A stretch of 64,000 nucleotides of DNA from the NCBI GenBank assembly GCA_038496445.1, contig JALMLS010000186.1, positions 102,882-166,881 on the forward strand, in the 5' to 3' direction. The DNA comes from Trichosphaerium sp. ATCC 40318 (lineage: Eukaryota > Protista > Tubulinea). Under the pieces are notes generated by a model that ran no database searches, had not been told where the DNA came from, and was given only the letters and a program-made list of their open reading frames with translations. The position numbers and the translations under genes are program-made. This document shows, one piece after another, positions 38,184-51,995 of this stretch; position 1 is the stretch's first letter, and each line of letters opens with the position of its first letter.

Positions 38184-38689
38184 CAACAAGCAGCTCGAAA
38201 GTTGCAATGCGCCAACTCGAGCAGAATAGCTTTTTGACGACTTTGTTTGACTCTTCGGCGTTTTTTGATTGTATTATTTAGTTACAGGCTCACGTGAACC
38301 ACAACTCCACCATGTCTCTGTTAAGTATTCTTTGATAGCTAGCGTAAAAGCAAGAGGTTTGTTCAACGCTTGGGCTTTTTATTGCCCAAAAATTCATTAG
38401 CCTTGGAAGTGTTAACATTACAAAAGATGTCGTCCTTGTCATTACATGCCACGTGAATAGTTCCCAACAACTCAATAATATCTCAGCTGGTAGGTATTGC
38501 AGGAGTTTACAATAAGTGGTAGCGCATAGAATGATACCACGTGATTAACGATGATAAAGACCTTGGTAAATAAGTGGTTTACAAGAAATAGTCAATTTAA
38601 GCTAAAATTGTGCGCAAAGAATATATTCATTGGCTAACAATCGTTTAAGCATTTAACTCAAGATATGGTAACAAGAGGCTTTGTATTTG

Positions 38690-41141
38690 TTAAAGTTGGA
38701 TCTCTTGGAACGGTCCAAAGAATCCACCATAGTGGTTCATTGCCATCCAACAAGCACATTGCATATCAATCCCCGAAGGACAGCTATCAACGCCTTTTTC
38801 GTCATTATTATAAAAGCCTTTCTTGAGTTCATCTAGTCGTGATATCATAGTCTTCACTTTCTCAGGCATCTAGTTTAACTAATTAAACAAAATAGGAAGA
38901 AAAAGAAAACTGAGTTAAAAATCATTGTACTAGCGACGTACACTACTGGCTAAGTCTGTGTGTTCGTAAGGATCACTTGCTACATTATATAGGCATCCAT
39001 CTTTACAATCTTTTTCAAACTTTGCCGGAGCATGAGTAGGGCTTGTTGCATTAGGAAACTGAGGACCTTAAATAAGAAAAAAATCAGAAACAAAATTCAA
39101 AGGGTGCTTAACATAAAACATGTGAATAAAAGATTTGCGTTTACAAGCTATGTTAGTTCAAAAAGAGTGTATATTCATTGTATAATCTTTTTTGTTCATA
39201 AGTTTGGTACCTGTCCAAGTGGCGAATCCTATTTTGTTGACTAGTAGTTTGTAATCTCCTTGAATCAAAGCGTTTTCATTTACCACTAACTCAGACCTTG
39301 GAGATACTTTTGTTTGTCCAGATATTAGTGGCCACACGTCTACAGAATCAACATCTGGCAAACCAGATGCTACAGCTGGTGCATCATGTTGATCAACACC
39401 CGCCATTTTACAGAAAGTTCCATACCTGTTAAAGTAACTTTTAAGCACAAAAAGACTTCCCGAATTCATACCAGTCTGCAACGTGTACTGGTTCCCCTTG
39501 TTCTGTACCTCGCACAGCCTTTGGTAAGTAGCCTCCAGAAACAAAAGCTGCAGATCTTATTCCGCCTTCCCTGTTAAGTGTGAGATTGTTAAACAAAATA
39601 GATACATGAAAACGCTTACCACTCAGAATATTTACCACCACGGAGTGGGTGGTTATTACCACCTGTTTCCGCTAGTACAAGGGGAGCACCATTATCAGCC
39701 GAAAAAACCATTAACGTGTCTTCCCATAATCCAGCAGCTAAGAGAAGTATAAGAACAATGTCTAAACTTTGAATTTCGAAGTAAAGCTTACCTTTCAGTT
39801 TACCAACAACATCACCGAGAATATCATCAAGAACATTCACAAAAGCATGATAAACGCGTCGACAACTTATGTTATGAGTGCTTCCTATTTTCTAGATTAA
39901 AGAAAAACACGTGGCATGTAAAGGCGTTTTGAAAAGTACGAAGACTTTTCTTTTTTTTTGAAAACGATTCAACTAGTTGTACCAGGGTAGATATAAGCAG
40001 TTTGGGCTGAGCATACAGTCTCATCGTTCTGGATAAAACTGAACTTGTCGTAATATTTCTGTGGTACTTGGTAAGGTACATGAGAAGCATGTGGAGTATA
40101 AACAAGGAACAATGGATCATCTGGGTTATGATTTTTTATGACGTTTGTCATCTCGTTGAGGAACATATCTTCTTCGTACATTGTTCCATTTAGAGTACTA
40201 ACAAAGTATTAAAGCTAATAAACAGCAAAAAAAAAGGAAAGCTGATATGATAATGTGAGAAAAGTGAAAAAGAAATTAGCCTTAAAAAAAGTCCTAGAGT
40301 AGACCTACTTTGCTGGTTTATCAGTAGCCCAAAGATCAACAATACCTAGTTTAGGAGAACAGCTAGATTGTTGTTCAACCTATTAACTTCTTAGATGGCA
40401 ACAGATAAGACGTCGGAACAGACATGTTGCGTCATAACGTACTTGTGTCCACAAATCGTTCTTGTGTGTAAAGTAATTGAGTGATGTGTCATATCCTCGC
40501 CCTTGTGGAGTGTGATGTGGTGTAGCCATACCAGCATCCCATTTACCAAACTTAAACAATACTTAGACATGCGCTACTACTGGAAAACGCCTCAACAAGC
40601 GTTGATAGAGCTAAAAAATGTACCAGATGCGTTTTGTATCCTGCTTGCTTCAATTTCGCAGCAATCCCTGTCATATTCCTTGGTATACCGCAATTCGGTT
40701 TCTCTGGATTAACTAGAGACGTTGTCACATGGACAGGAAGTCTATCACGTGATTTAGTAATAAAAAAGCAGAAAAACCGTAAAAAAGTCGAAGACGTTAC
40801 CTTCCTGACTGCATTGAGCTTCTTGTTGGTGTACAGAACTTATAGACGTAGTGTCGCATTAATTTTATACCATCAGCAACCAATGCGTCCATATTAGGCG
40901 TCATTATCTCAGGGTATGGTTGTCTAATAGAAATAAAGCGAATAAGCGCTGAACCAATCAAAACCCAAGCTAAAAAATAAAAAACTTTGTCACGTGACTC
41001 TTTTTAAGCGTACGGGCGATGAAAACCAACGTCTCCCCAACCGACGTCATCAGCTAACACGAAAAAGATGTGTGGAGGTTTAGCTTGGATAACAGTTGTA
41101 GTCGCTGAGAATAAAAAGAGAAGAAATAAACAGTACGACAT
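38690..41141 (-). CDS. Arylsulfatase (ARSB-like), multi-exon, secreted/lysosomal
   Basis: PHIFFVLADDVGWGDV, CTPTRSSMQSGR (CxPxR formylglycine motif), GKWD, SADNG and LRGGKYSEWEGGIR. Confidence 0.93.
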
Positions 41142-41997
41142 TTGGTGCGTTTAGGTGAGCACAAAAGCGAATTGAAATGTATATTGACTATTCACATAGT
41201 TCACGTGTATTAAATGTAGCAAACCAAATAGTGGATTTCAATCAAGTATACTTACTAGGGTGAGGCTGTTATTATAATATAAGGTATTAAAACACTTTTT
41301 GCTACGGGAGCGAGGAAGACTACAAGGTTACAAAAAATAAACAATCAAATCCATAATAAAAACAATTTAGACTGCAGTGATATCAGGGAGGTGTCAGTTC
41401 TGGAATCTTACAGAAACATAGGACCAAACTGATATGTTTTATGGCACTTAATAGTAATCCTTTTTACCTGGAATGCCATTACCAACTCTGGGCATCTTTT
41501 GGGTTCCCACGTTCAGAAGAATTTCTTGAAGATTGTTTTCCACTATGCGAGCTTGATTTCTTATCACGAAATACTAGTATCTAAATTTTGCCTTAACATT
41601 ACAAAGAAGAATGGCGATATAATACGTAAAAGAACAAAATTCAATAAAGAGTGGTCCTTGTTCTTTCTCTATTTTTTCTTAACAGAGTGAGTGTACCTTT
41701 TATGTTGTTTAAAACGGAAAATATTTTTTTCCGATGATTGACGACTACAATCGGCGTCAACTATAAGCACGTTACATAGCCAATATCTTAACACAACAAC
41801 ATTTGTAGAAAAACTCTCGCTAGCTGTCGCTAGTGCTGTAAATCATTATCATATCTATACAAACTTACATAAGGGCTAAACTGTACTGATCAGAACCACA
41901 ACTATTTGAGAAGATTGTTTCCCTGGCATGACCCTGGTACTGATTCACACGTGTGTACAGTTTAACCATATTATAAACAAACCAATACCTGTAGCTA

Positions 41998-44197
41998 ATG
42001 ATCAGGATACTTACAATACGTAACCGTGAAATGAAAAGAAACTACATCTTGACTGACTAGAGTTTAGTCTCGCTAGTTACAATTGCTTGTTGTTGGGACC
42101 AAGAATACTGGGCTAGTACTCAACATGTTGATGTTATTGACGAAAGTACGTATCATCGTAGTAGTACATCACTATCGAATTATTTATTAACACGTGGAAG
42201 TATCGTTTCGCCCAATCAACGGATTAAAAAGAGCGTTTCCACGTGAAGGAGAGATGGTTTTCAAGTTCGAAAATGGCAAAAACTGGACATTTACATGTGT
42301 ACAACACTCAATCTTTTCTAATGATGCCAAGGTAACAACAACACATTCACCTTACAGACTTGTTGACTTATATATTTTTTTTAGATTGTTGTACAGAATG
42401 GAGGGAACAGGACTTTTCTACCTATCCCTTCAAACATGTACAAAGCAATCGGTGATTTTCATCTCGATTTGCGTTTTATCGCACGTGATGATGGTACTTT
42501 CACTGGAGGATTTACAATAAACAACAACCGTATTAATTTCGATGCCGTATCTAGGTAACACCCAATTACCTTTGACTACACCTAACACGTGTTTTTAGGC
42601 ACAAAAGGTTCATGTCAGAAAATCACTTGTCAACAGCTGGACGTGCATCATACTTACTATTGAGGTATACTTCTTTTTGTTCCACTCTCCGTTGTAACAC
42701 TAGAAAAGAGAATTTACTGGCCCTTTAACGAGCGAGATAAAGAGCCAACACTCAATAAGCAAAAGGTAAGGAAGAGCCTATAATATGTCTCACTCTCTGG
42801 TAATAACTATTTTTAACAGGGTTGGTATCCCTGAAGGCGACACACTTCCGTTTACACCCGCCCCACTACCTTGTCCGCAATCAATGCGAGAACTCACACT
42901 TGCCATTGCAGCTAACGTTGGGTTCCAACAACGAACTGGAACTACTGCCGAAACTTTGGCGTACGTTAAAACAGGTACCGTTTCTTTCTTGATTCTTTCT
43001 TTTTCTCAGATATTTGCTAGCAATGGTGGATGTTGGCATCTTCTACGAATCTGACTTGGTACTAAAATATTCCTATTTGTATTGTTATTACTGACATTGT
43101 TTATTAAGAACCTTCGCATGACTGTTGTAGCACTTGAGGTAAGAGAAACGTCAGGTACGTTCTTGCTATTGCTATGAAAAAGTTACTGAATCAAAGGACC
43201 CGAACCATGGAACACACGTTCCTATGCATCAGGAGAATGCCCTGAAGGACTCTTGTCTTCGTTTAACTCATGGCGTTCTGACTTAAACGTTCCATCAAAT
43301 ACAGCAGCAGGTATTTTACTGAACGATTGTCAGAACTCAAATCGTGCTGGAGCAGCGACTTCCAACAACTTATGCGTACGCAGCCAGAGCAACATTCCTA
43401 ACATGTAATCTGCTTCTTTATAGACTACCTCAAAAGCTCAGTGCTCCTGGCAACAAGCTCCAGGGTTGAGACGCTGTATTGGTCATGAAATTGGTCATAG
43501 CGCAGGATGCATTCATGATAATAAAGGTATCATGGCAGGTCTCACAAACAATCCGTATGTTGTTAACATCTACACTATACTGCTAAATTGTTTAATGCTG
43601 TTTGCAGAGACTATAAGTACGATAGATTCTCACGTATATCTCAAGCACAATGCTGTGGTACTATTCAACATTTTGTGTCAAATGGATGTTTGAAACCATA
43701 CAACGGACCTACATCAATGCCAAGCAGCAATATGTTCCTTATCAGAAAGAGCAATAAGTTAAATTTTGCATTAGATGGAGGCAATGGTGGAGCACAAGGC
43801 AATGATGCACGTGACTATACCAATACAACTTTCGTGTTCTGACTTTTTAGAAGGTGTACTTATGGAGCTACAGAGTGGACAACTATAACCAACATTGGAT
43901 TGAAATACCAAGGGGTAATGGTATGTATTCTTATCAAAAGAGAAATACACAATTTTGTCTTGACGGTGGTGCACCTTGGGTCTTGTATTTGTTCGTGTTA
44001 CTCAACAGCAATAAACTACAGTTCCTATACATATACAATCATCAGGACCGTTTTTATGTATCTGTAATACACACCATCAAGGTTTATAGCCATTTTAATT
44101 TAACCACAAGAAAACAAGTGACTAGTAGCAGTTATCTCAATACAAAGAAGAATTGTTTCAGAAAGCTGAGGATGATTGTCACAGCAAGCCAAACTAA
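41998..44197 (+). CDS. Secreted metzincin metalloprotease C with C-terminal ricin-B lectin (3' end uncertain)
   Basis: Signal MIRILTILSLVTIACC, GHEIGHSAGCIHD...GIM, then FALDGGNGGAQGNDVYLW...NQHW...FCLDGG. Confidence 0.8.
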
Positions 44198-44545
44198 AGC
44201 AACTGGGATTGTTTGCATTTCTGGCATTTTTCAAATTTCACGCCACGTAGCGAAGGTTGGTTTCTTGTCCAAGCAAAGCTATGGGCCTGACCAAAAGCGA
44301 ACCGAGCACTCTACTTGCTCGCATTCGTTGTCCCACACTCGAAAAATTTTCGAACTAATGAGGACAATTACAGGACACCGTAAGGAGGCTTGGTTACCTT
44401 GATGCTGGCAATATACTTATAATAAATTAACTTGAAGAGAAGCGATACACGCTGCCTGTTATCAACTTAAGTGTGAAGAATTTTATGTAACAATACATTT
44501 GCTTAGGTTGGCTTCTGTTTTTTTGTCTGTTGCAAGTAAGCAATA

Positions 44546-45368
44546 TTAATGACGAGTATAGTTTACTAGCTCACCATTGACATACAAACCTTCTGCACTT
44601 AAAATACCATTGTCATACCATAGCTTGGTCTCTCCTTGTAAAATACCATTGATATAAAACCTTGTTTCATTAAGCTGTCCGTTTCTGTGGTAGCTGTTGA
44701 ATACTCCCTCCAAACCATCAATATTGTACTTACATTCTAAATACAGTTGTCCATTATCAAACCAATGCTTAAACTCTCCTTCCTCCTTCCCATTAACATA
44801 GTGACGTTGCTGGTAAAGATACCCATTCTTATACCATAAGCTTGATACTCCATCTTCTTTGTCATTTACATAGTGCCTTTGTTCCTCGATTTTACCACTT
44901 CTAAACCACCTTGTATACTCTCCTTGTTCCTTACCATTAACATAATGATGTCGGTCTCTGAGTTTGCCAGACTTCTTGTAGTATGATGTATACTCTCCAT
45001 GCAATAGACCGTTGTTGAAATAACATTGTATTATTATGTCATATGTGATGTATTCAGCATAATCTCCTCCTTTCTTACCATGCCTCTCGTACAACTTTAC
45101 TCCTGTGTGGTTTTTTTCTATTCTTTTCTGTATTACCCATTTACCGTGTTTATTCAATTCCTCATTGAACCTTGTCGTCTTTGCTGCGTATATTGATAGC
45201 ATAGGCCATATTCTATATACTTCAGGGTCTGTATCGATAATATCGAGTTGTATCTCGTACGGAAGGTTAAATAGCCGATTAGAGTCCAATTCGATGGTAT
45301 TGCTCTGTTTATAAGGCGGAGTTACTAGTTTTTATGTTAGAGTTGCGTACGTTGCTGTTTGTTGCCAT
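44546..45368 (-). CDS. F-box-like + MORN repeat protein (2 exons)
   Basis: MATNSN, then a 46-nt intron (45305-45350), then SNTIELDSNRLFNLPYEIQLDIIDTDPEVYRIWPMLS and about 7 repeats. Confidence 0.88.
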
Positions 45369-45606
45369 TATAGTTTGCAATTCTTTTTGGTTCTGCGGAG
45401 CACAGTTTTTTCCATCTTTCACTGAAAAGTTATATATAACTTGCAGTTGTGCCAAGTCGCGTACTGCCAATAAAATAAAACATCACAGGAAATCACGGAA
45501 CTCGCCACGGCTTGATAGGTCTAACTCCGACTACGATCTATCGCTCAAGTACCTTAAAACAAAGACAATATCGTACTACCTATTCTAAAATCAACGTTAC
45601 AACAGT

Positions 45607-46329
45607 ATGAGTTTGTTGCGGCTACCTACAGAGATATTGGCGTACATCTTGCGTCAAACGACCAAATCGCGATTTGCAGCTTGTCAAACATGTCAGTCCC
45701 TCGCTTCTATTGTTCACGATATTATTGGATACGACGCTATTAAAATTAACACGATAGCTCAAGCAAAAGCAGCCGCAAAACATCGTGGTATTCTGAACAA
45801 CACCAAAATCTCATTTGGAATGAAACGTGATGAACTTGATGACAATGTTATCAAACTATTTGCTTCTGTTCATACTATTGACCTTGCGTACACTCTAGTG
45901 ACTGATGAAGGGATCAAAGCGCTCGCAGGTGTTCATACCATTAACCTCAGGCAGTGTCATGGTTTTACCGACGAAGGTCTCAAAGAACTCAAAGGAGTAC
46001 ATACCATCAATCTTAAGCAAACATTAGTCACAGATGAAGGTGTCAAAGCGCTTGCTGGTGTTCATACTATTCACCTCAGTCAAACTTCAGTAACAGATGA
46101 AGGAGTCATACCTCTCGCTGGCGTTCATACCATTTACCTTGATAGGACTAAAGTAACTGATAAAGGTGTAATGGCGCTTGCTGGTGTTCACAGTATTTTC
46201 GTTGCCAGCACCAAAGTAAGTAATAGAGGCATACGCGCACTCAAAGGTGCATACTATATTAACGCAATTTCATGTCGTGTTACTAGAGAAGGGGCTAGCC
46301 GCTTAAAGGGGACTTCTGTGTTTGTATGA
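45607..46329 (+). CDS. F-box + LRR protein (single exon)
   Basis: LLRLPTEILAYIL...ACQTCQSLASIV followed by LAGVHTI repeats. Confidence 0.9.
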   Translation: MSLLRLPTEILAYILRQTTKSRFAACQTCQSLASIVHDIIGYDAIKINTIAQAKAAAKHRGILNNTKISFGMKRDELDDNVIKLFASVHTIDLAYTLVTDEGIKALAGVHTINLRQCHGFTDEGLKELKGVHTINLKQTLVTDEGVKALAGVHTIHLSQTSVTDEGVIPLAGVHTIYLDRTKVTDKGVMALAGVHSIFVASTKVSNRGIRALKGAYYINAISCRVTREGASRLKGTSVFV

Positions 46330-46389
46330 AAAATAACATAAAGATAGTCAGTAAAACGTGATTTAGTAGCTACGCTCTTGTATTTTTTT

Positions 46390-46720
46390 TTTCATCAATA
46401 AAACTACATTTGTTCAGTCAGTTTTCCATTTCTGTGCCAGCGTTTAAAATCATCATTCTGGTTGTTATCAATATAGTTCGCATGTATGCTTAGTGTCCAT
46501 TGTCATGCCATGTCTTGTATTCACCAAAAATAACTTCAAAGTTGTCCACTCTTGTTCCATTCTTCTTGCCATTAGCAGATGTCATTTGTGCCTGTAGATG
46601 GCAATTTTCATGCCACTTTTTTCCTTCACCGTGAAGTTAACCATTAATGTAGTAGGAATGAAACTGAAGCTGGCCGTCATCATACCACTTTTTTTGTTGC
46701 CATTTCTCCTTTCTAGTTCC
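46390..46720 (-). pseudogene. Decayed MORN-repeat gene
   Basis: KKWYDDGQLQFHSYYING*LHGEGKKWHEN... GEYKTWHDNG [frameshift] ...FKRWHRNGKL. Confidence 0.85.
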
Positions 46721-47057
46721 TTTCTAGAACTTTACCCTGTTCTCTCAAATAACTAATAAAGGCACCTATACCGCTATGTGATGTTGTGCAAGTGTATTAC
46801 TAAATTGAGTTTATGTTAAAGAAAATTACAGCAAATCTGGCAACTCGTAATACATAAAAGGGCTTGCACATAACCATCCACCAAGCATTGTGCTTGTGTA
46901 CTTACGCTCGTTGTCTATCAAATGCCCTATAGTGCTAAAAAAGATCAAAAACACAATTGGTTTTACCGATCATTTTCCAAGGCGCGAAAACTGACAAAAC
47001 TTTAAAATCTAGTGTACAGTTTTTATTTGTTTGGTCATTTTTCTCGATTACAATAAG

Positions 47058-47333
47058 TTAGTTTTCTATCAATACAATATCATCTTCACTTGTTATATCA
47101 AGTACAGTCGATGCACGCTTTAATATTTCCTTAACCTCAACAGATATGGTTTCTTTAAGCGTTTTTATCTTTTTATCCTTTTGTGCAAGTTTAACACGCA
47201 AATTTTTGTTCTCTTCTATTGCTTGATCGTATTTTCTCTTTAAACCACGCGTTCTTTCTTTTTCGTTTGTCAATGTAACTATTTCGGTAACTAATGTCTT
47301 CAAAGTCTCATTTATTACTTCAGATTGGCGATC
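47058..47333 (-). CDS. Terminal exon of a small coiled-coil protein (upstream exon unresolved)
   Basis: Acceptor TATAG, then DRQSEVINETLKTLV...LKRKYDQAIEENKNLRVKLAQKDKKIKTLKE heptads. Confidence 0.4.
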   Translation of the reverse strand, partial: DRQSEVINETLKTLVTEIVTLTNEKERTRGLKRKYDQAIEENKNLRVKLAQKDKKIKTLKETISVEVKEILKRASTVLDITSEDDIVLIEN

Positions 47334-47399
47334 CTATACACGGGTGAGTGTTTCTGGATGAAAACTCCAACAAAAAAAGATTGCGACTTCTACAAGCGA

Positions 47400-47539
47400 A
47401 AAAGGGGACGCGCTATACGCAGCGGCAACCAACTGCAGGGAATCCGCCTTTTACAATGTACAAAGTCTAAAACGCGCGTGTTTCACCCTTCTCTCGCGCT
47501 ATAACGCAGCGGCAACCAACTGCAGGGAAAGATAAAGGG
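47400..47539. ncRNA. Two tandem hairpins sharing a 34-35 nt core (candidate structured RNA)
   Basis: CGCGCTATA(A)CGCAGCGGCAACCAACTGCAGGGAA at 47409 and 47495, each closed by a different outer stem. Confidence 0.45.
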
Positions 47540-47767
47540 CTACGCAGGTACGCTAGCTTAATTCGTGCCTGTTGCTTCTTAATGCTTGAAGAATGAACGC
47601 GTAGCAGATCTCGAATCTGTTTGGCCTCTGTGTAGCATCTCTTGATGCTTTTGGTGCGTTTTGCATGATTTTTGTCTATTTAAGTCAGTGTTTAAGTGCC
47701 TGCTAGTTCAGTTAGTACAACGAGTAACGATAGTTTATGATAAGTCCTAACAAGCTAACTACTTTAT

Positions 47768-50017
47768 ATGGGTATTAATTTGGATACGCGCCAATTTCTG
47801 TGGCAGTCGTTATTGGGTGGCGGAATCGCTGGTATGCACTACTGATTTGCCGTTATTCGTATGTTTAGTGTCAAATTGATCGTTCTGTAGGTGTTGCAGC
47901 CCGAACTGTGACAAGTCCGTTAGATGTTATTAAAACACTCTCCCAAGGTACGAAAATCCAGTCTGTAGCGAAATAAACGGTGTAACAACAACGAAATAAC
48001 ATAACCCTCCTAAAATACGTTTAGTTGGTACTATAGAGACGGAAAGTGGCTTTCTTCGCTCTTGGAGGGCGATTTATACCAGAGACGGTTTAAAAGGTAC
48101 TAACGATAACGGTCAACGTTTAAACACTGGGTTTTTTAACGTAGCTCGGGTGTCAAATGTAGTGAGTTTACCTCACGGCGAATTTCGAAAAAAAACAGTT
48201 AATGTGTCAAACAAAGAAACACGTGAATGTCGTTCACTTTATTATAGGTTTTTGGAGAGGTAATGGCGTTGCATGTTTACGTTTATTTCCGTTCAGGTAT
48301 GACAAAGCAAAACCGAAAAGTTTTTCATGCCATGGAGTTAGTGCCTGTTCACTTTCTTTTTTTTTTCGATTTCAAAAAAAGAATGATGTCTACTGACATC
48401 TGGGCTCTCTGACTATTCTGTCAAAGAGTTATTTTGGTATTAGTACACCAGACAGACTTGTGGGTAATATTAATCATACAAGACATTAACACTTTGTGCT
48501 TTTAAACTCTGACACGTGATGTAAAACAACATCTTGATTTTTTTTTGAAAAGAACTATTTGCGTTACTAATTCTATTACCCTACTAATGCAAGCACTAGC
48601 GGATTAGAATTTGGTGGTGTCTATATTATGAAGATATTACTAATGAACCCAGAAAATGGTAGAATATCTGCTGTAAGGTTTTATTTGATTCAAATCCTTC
48701 GGTTGAAAAAAAAAAAAAAAATTTGTAAGTTTTGTTTTGACAAGTATTACAGGGTAGTAGTGCTGTTGCAGGAGCCTTGAGTGGTGCAGTCGGTATGGAA
48801 TAAATGATAGCTTTTTTACTAACTCAGCATTAGCTACAGCTGGTGTATACCCTTTGGAAGTGATTAAGACACGTCTAACAGGTACTTTTTTCTGCTAAAT
48901 AAACAAAAATCAGATGTAAATTTTGACACTTATCTAGTTCAACGTGTTCAAAGAATCAATGGTAAAAATGGGTCAAGCCATTACAAAGGCATAGCAGACG
49001 CATTCAAAGTTATATTACGAGATGAAGGCGCTTTTGCTCTATATAAAGGGCTAGGAGTGTCACTAGCAGGTAATTGCTTTTAAGTTCAACTTAAACTCTC
49101 TATGCCCGCCAATACTCTGCAGATAGCGTTCCCTAGCTTCACAAATATTTAATGTCTTTAAATACCTTGATATTATGGAGATAGTAGGATAGTAGTATTT
49201 GTGTTGTATTGCTATTGGCTAGACAATAATAGAGTTGATTGAAATTGCATTACTTTGTTTAGTTATATAACTGCTTTGTACAGGTATTATACCTTATGCT
49301 GGTATCCTTTTTGCTACATATGATGTACTGGATAATATATGGGGTAATAAATCACAGAAGACAATGGCTCATCATTTTTTAAATGGGTGTATCGCTGGTA
49401 AGAGATCAACAATCTTTATTTTTGCAACTAACTTATTTTTTTTAATAGCATCTGTTGCTCAGGTACTGTTGTTAACTTTGTTCTAAATGAGGTCTAAGTA
49501 TATCGATTAGACTGTATCTTATCCATTTGATACAATAAGAAAGAAATTACAAGCGCAAGGCAAAGTACCATCGTATATGCTACCTGATGTGTTTTGCAAG
49601 GGTATGTTTTTGGTTTTTTCTTGGCATTTCTTGTTTATTTCTTGGCTATGGTAGGCGCTATTTCAGCAGTTTCTCATACCATAGAAAACCGTGGTATTGT
49701 AGGCCTTTGGCGTGGGACTACAGCTAATCTCATAAAGGTAGTACATACATATTAATCGAAATTTTTGGAGTTGATTTTGCATTTAATTCCCGTGTAGGTA
49801 GCACCTTCTGCTGGTGTCCTTTTTGCTACGTTTGAATTCTGCAAACGAATTTTCCATTACCAAAATGGTTACACTGTATCACCATTCTCAAATGAGCCTG
49901 TAAAAGGCGTTGCACAAGACACGTCAGGTAACTAAAAAAAGGAAAAAAAAATCACGTGAAAAGTTAACTCGATTTTCCCTAGTTTATGCCATGAAAGAGG
50001 CAAATAAGGAGACATAA
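47768..50017 (+). CDS. SLC25A43: Mitochondrial carrier family protein, SLC25A43-like
   Basis: Three Px[DE]xx[KR] motifs (PLDVIK, PLEVIK, PFDTIR), QVGT, FWRGNGVACLRLFP and C-terminal FCKRIFHYQNGYTVSP. Confidence 0.85.
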
Positions 50018-50310
50018 GAATAACGATAGTACATTATTATTTTTGAACAACAACGGGTCTTAACAATTGTAATGTAATAAACCACAACCAAATTGCGTTT
50101 TGTTGTATCTTGCGACTAGAGTAGTCAACTCAAACTATTCGAAGTCGATTTTCAGAGAATAAACTGTTCACTGCTTGAATGGTGGTAATTGTCACGTGCC
50201 CGAAAGTTGTACTACTGGTTCTGTGAATGGCGAAGAAGTTTTGTAGTTAATTTTTTTCGAAAATTTATTTAATTTTGAGCTCAAGTACAGGTTGACCCTT
50301 TAAACTCATT

Positions 50311-51852
<1,542 letters not shown>

Positions 51853-51995
51853 GGTTCGTAGTGTGCGGTGATGTGGCAACGAGCGTACTCTGCGGGTTAG
51901 TGAAAATAACATTGACCTACAGCTGTTTTTGAGAGTTTTTTTCACACACCATTTTCTACTCTTGTGCGACCAAAAACCATATTAGCGCCTACCAA

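Noticed and set aside
47400-47539. Twister/hammerhead/HDV ribozyme or TPP riboswitch
   Set aside because: Lacks the required conserved cores (no CUGAUGA...GAAA, no twister pseudoknot partner, no CUGAGA).
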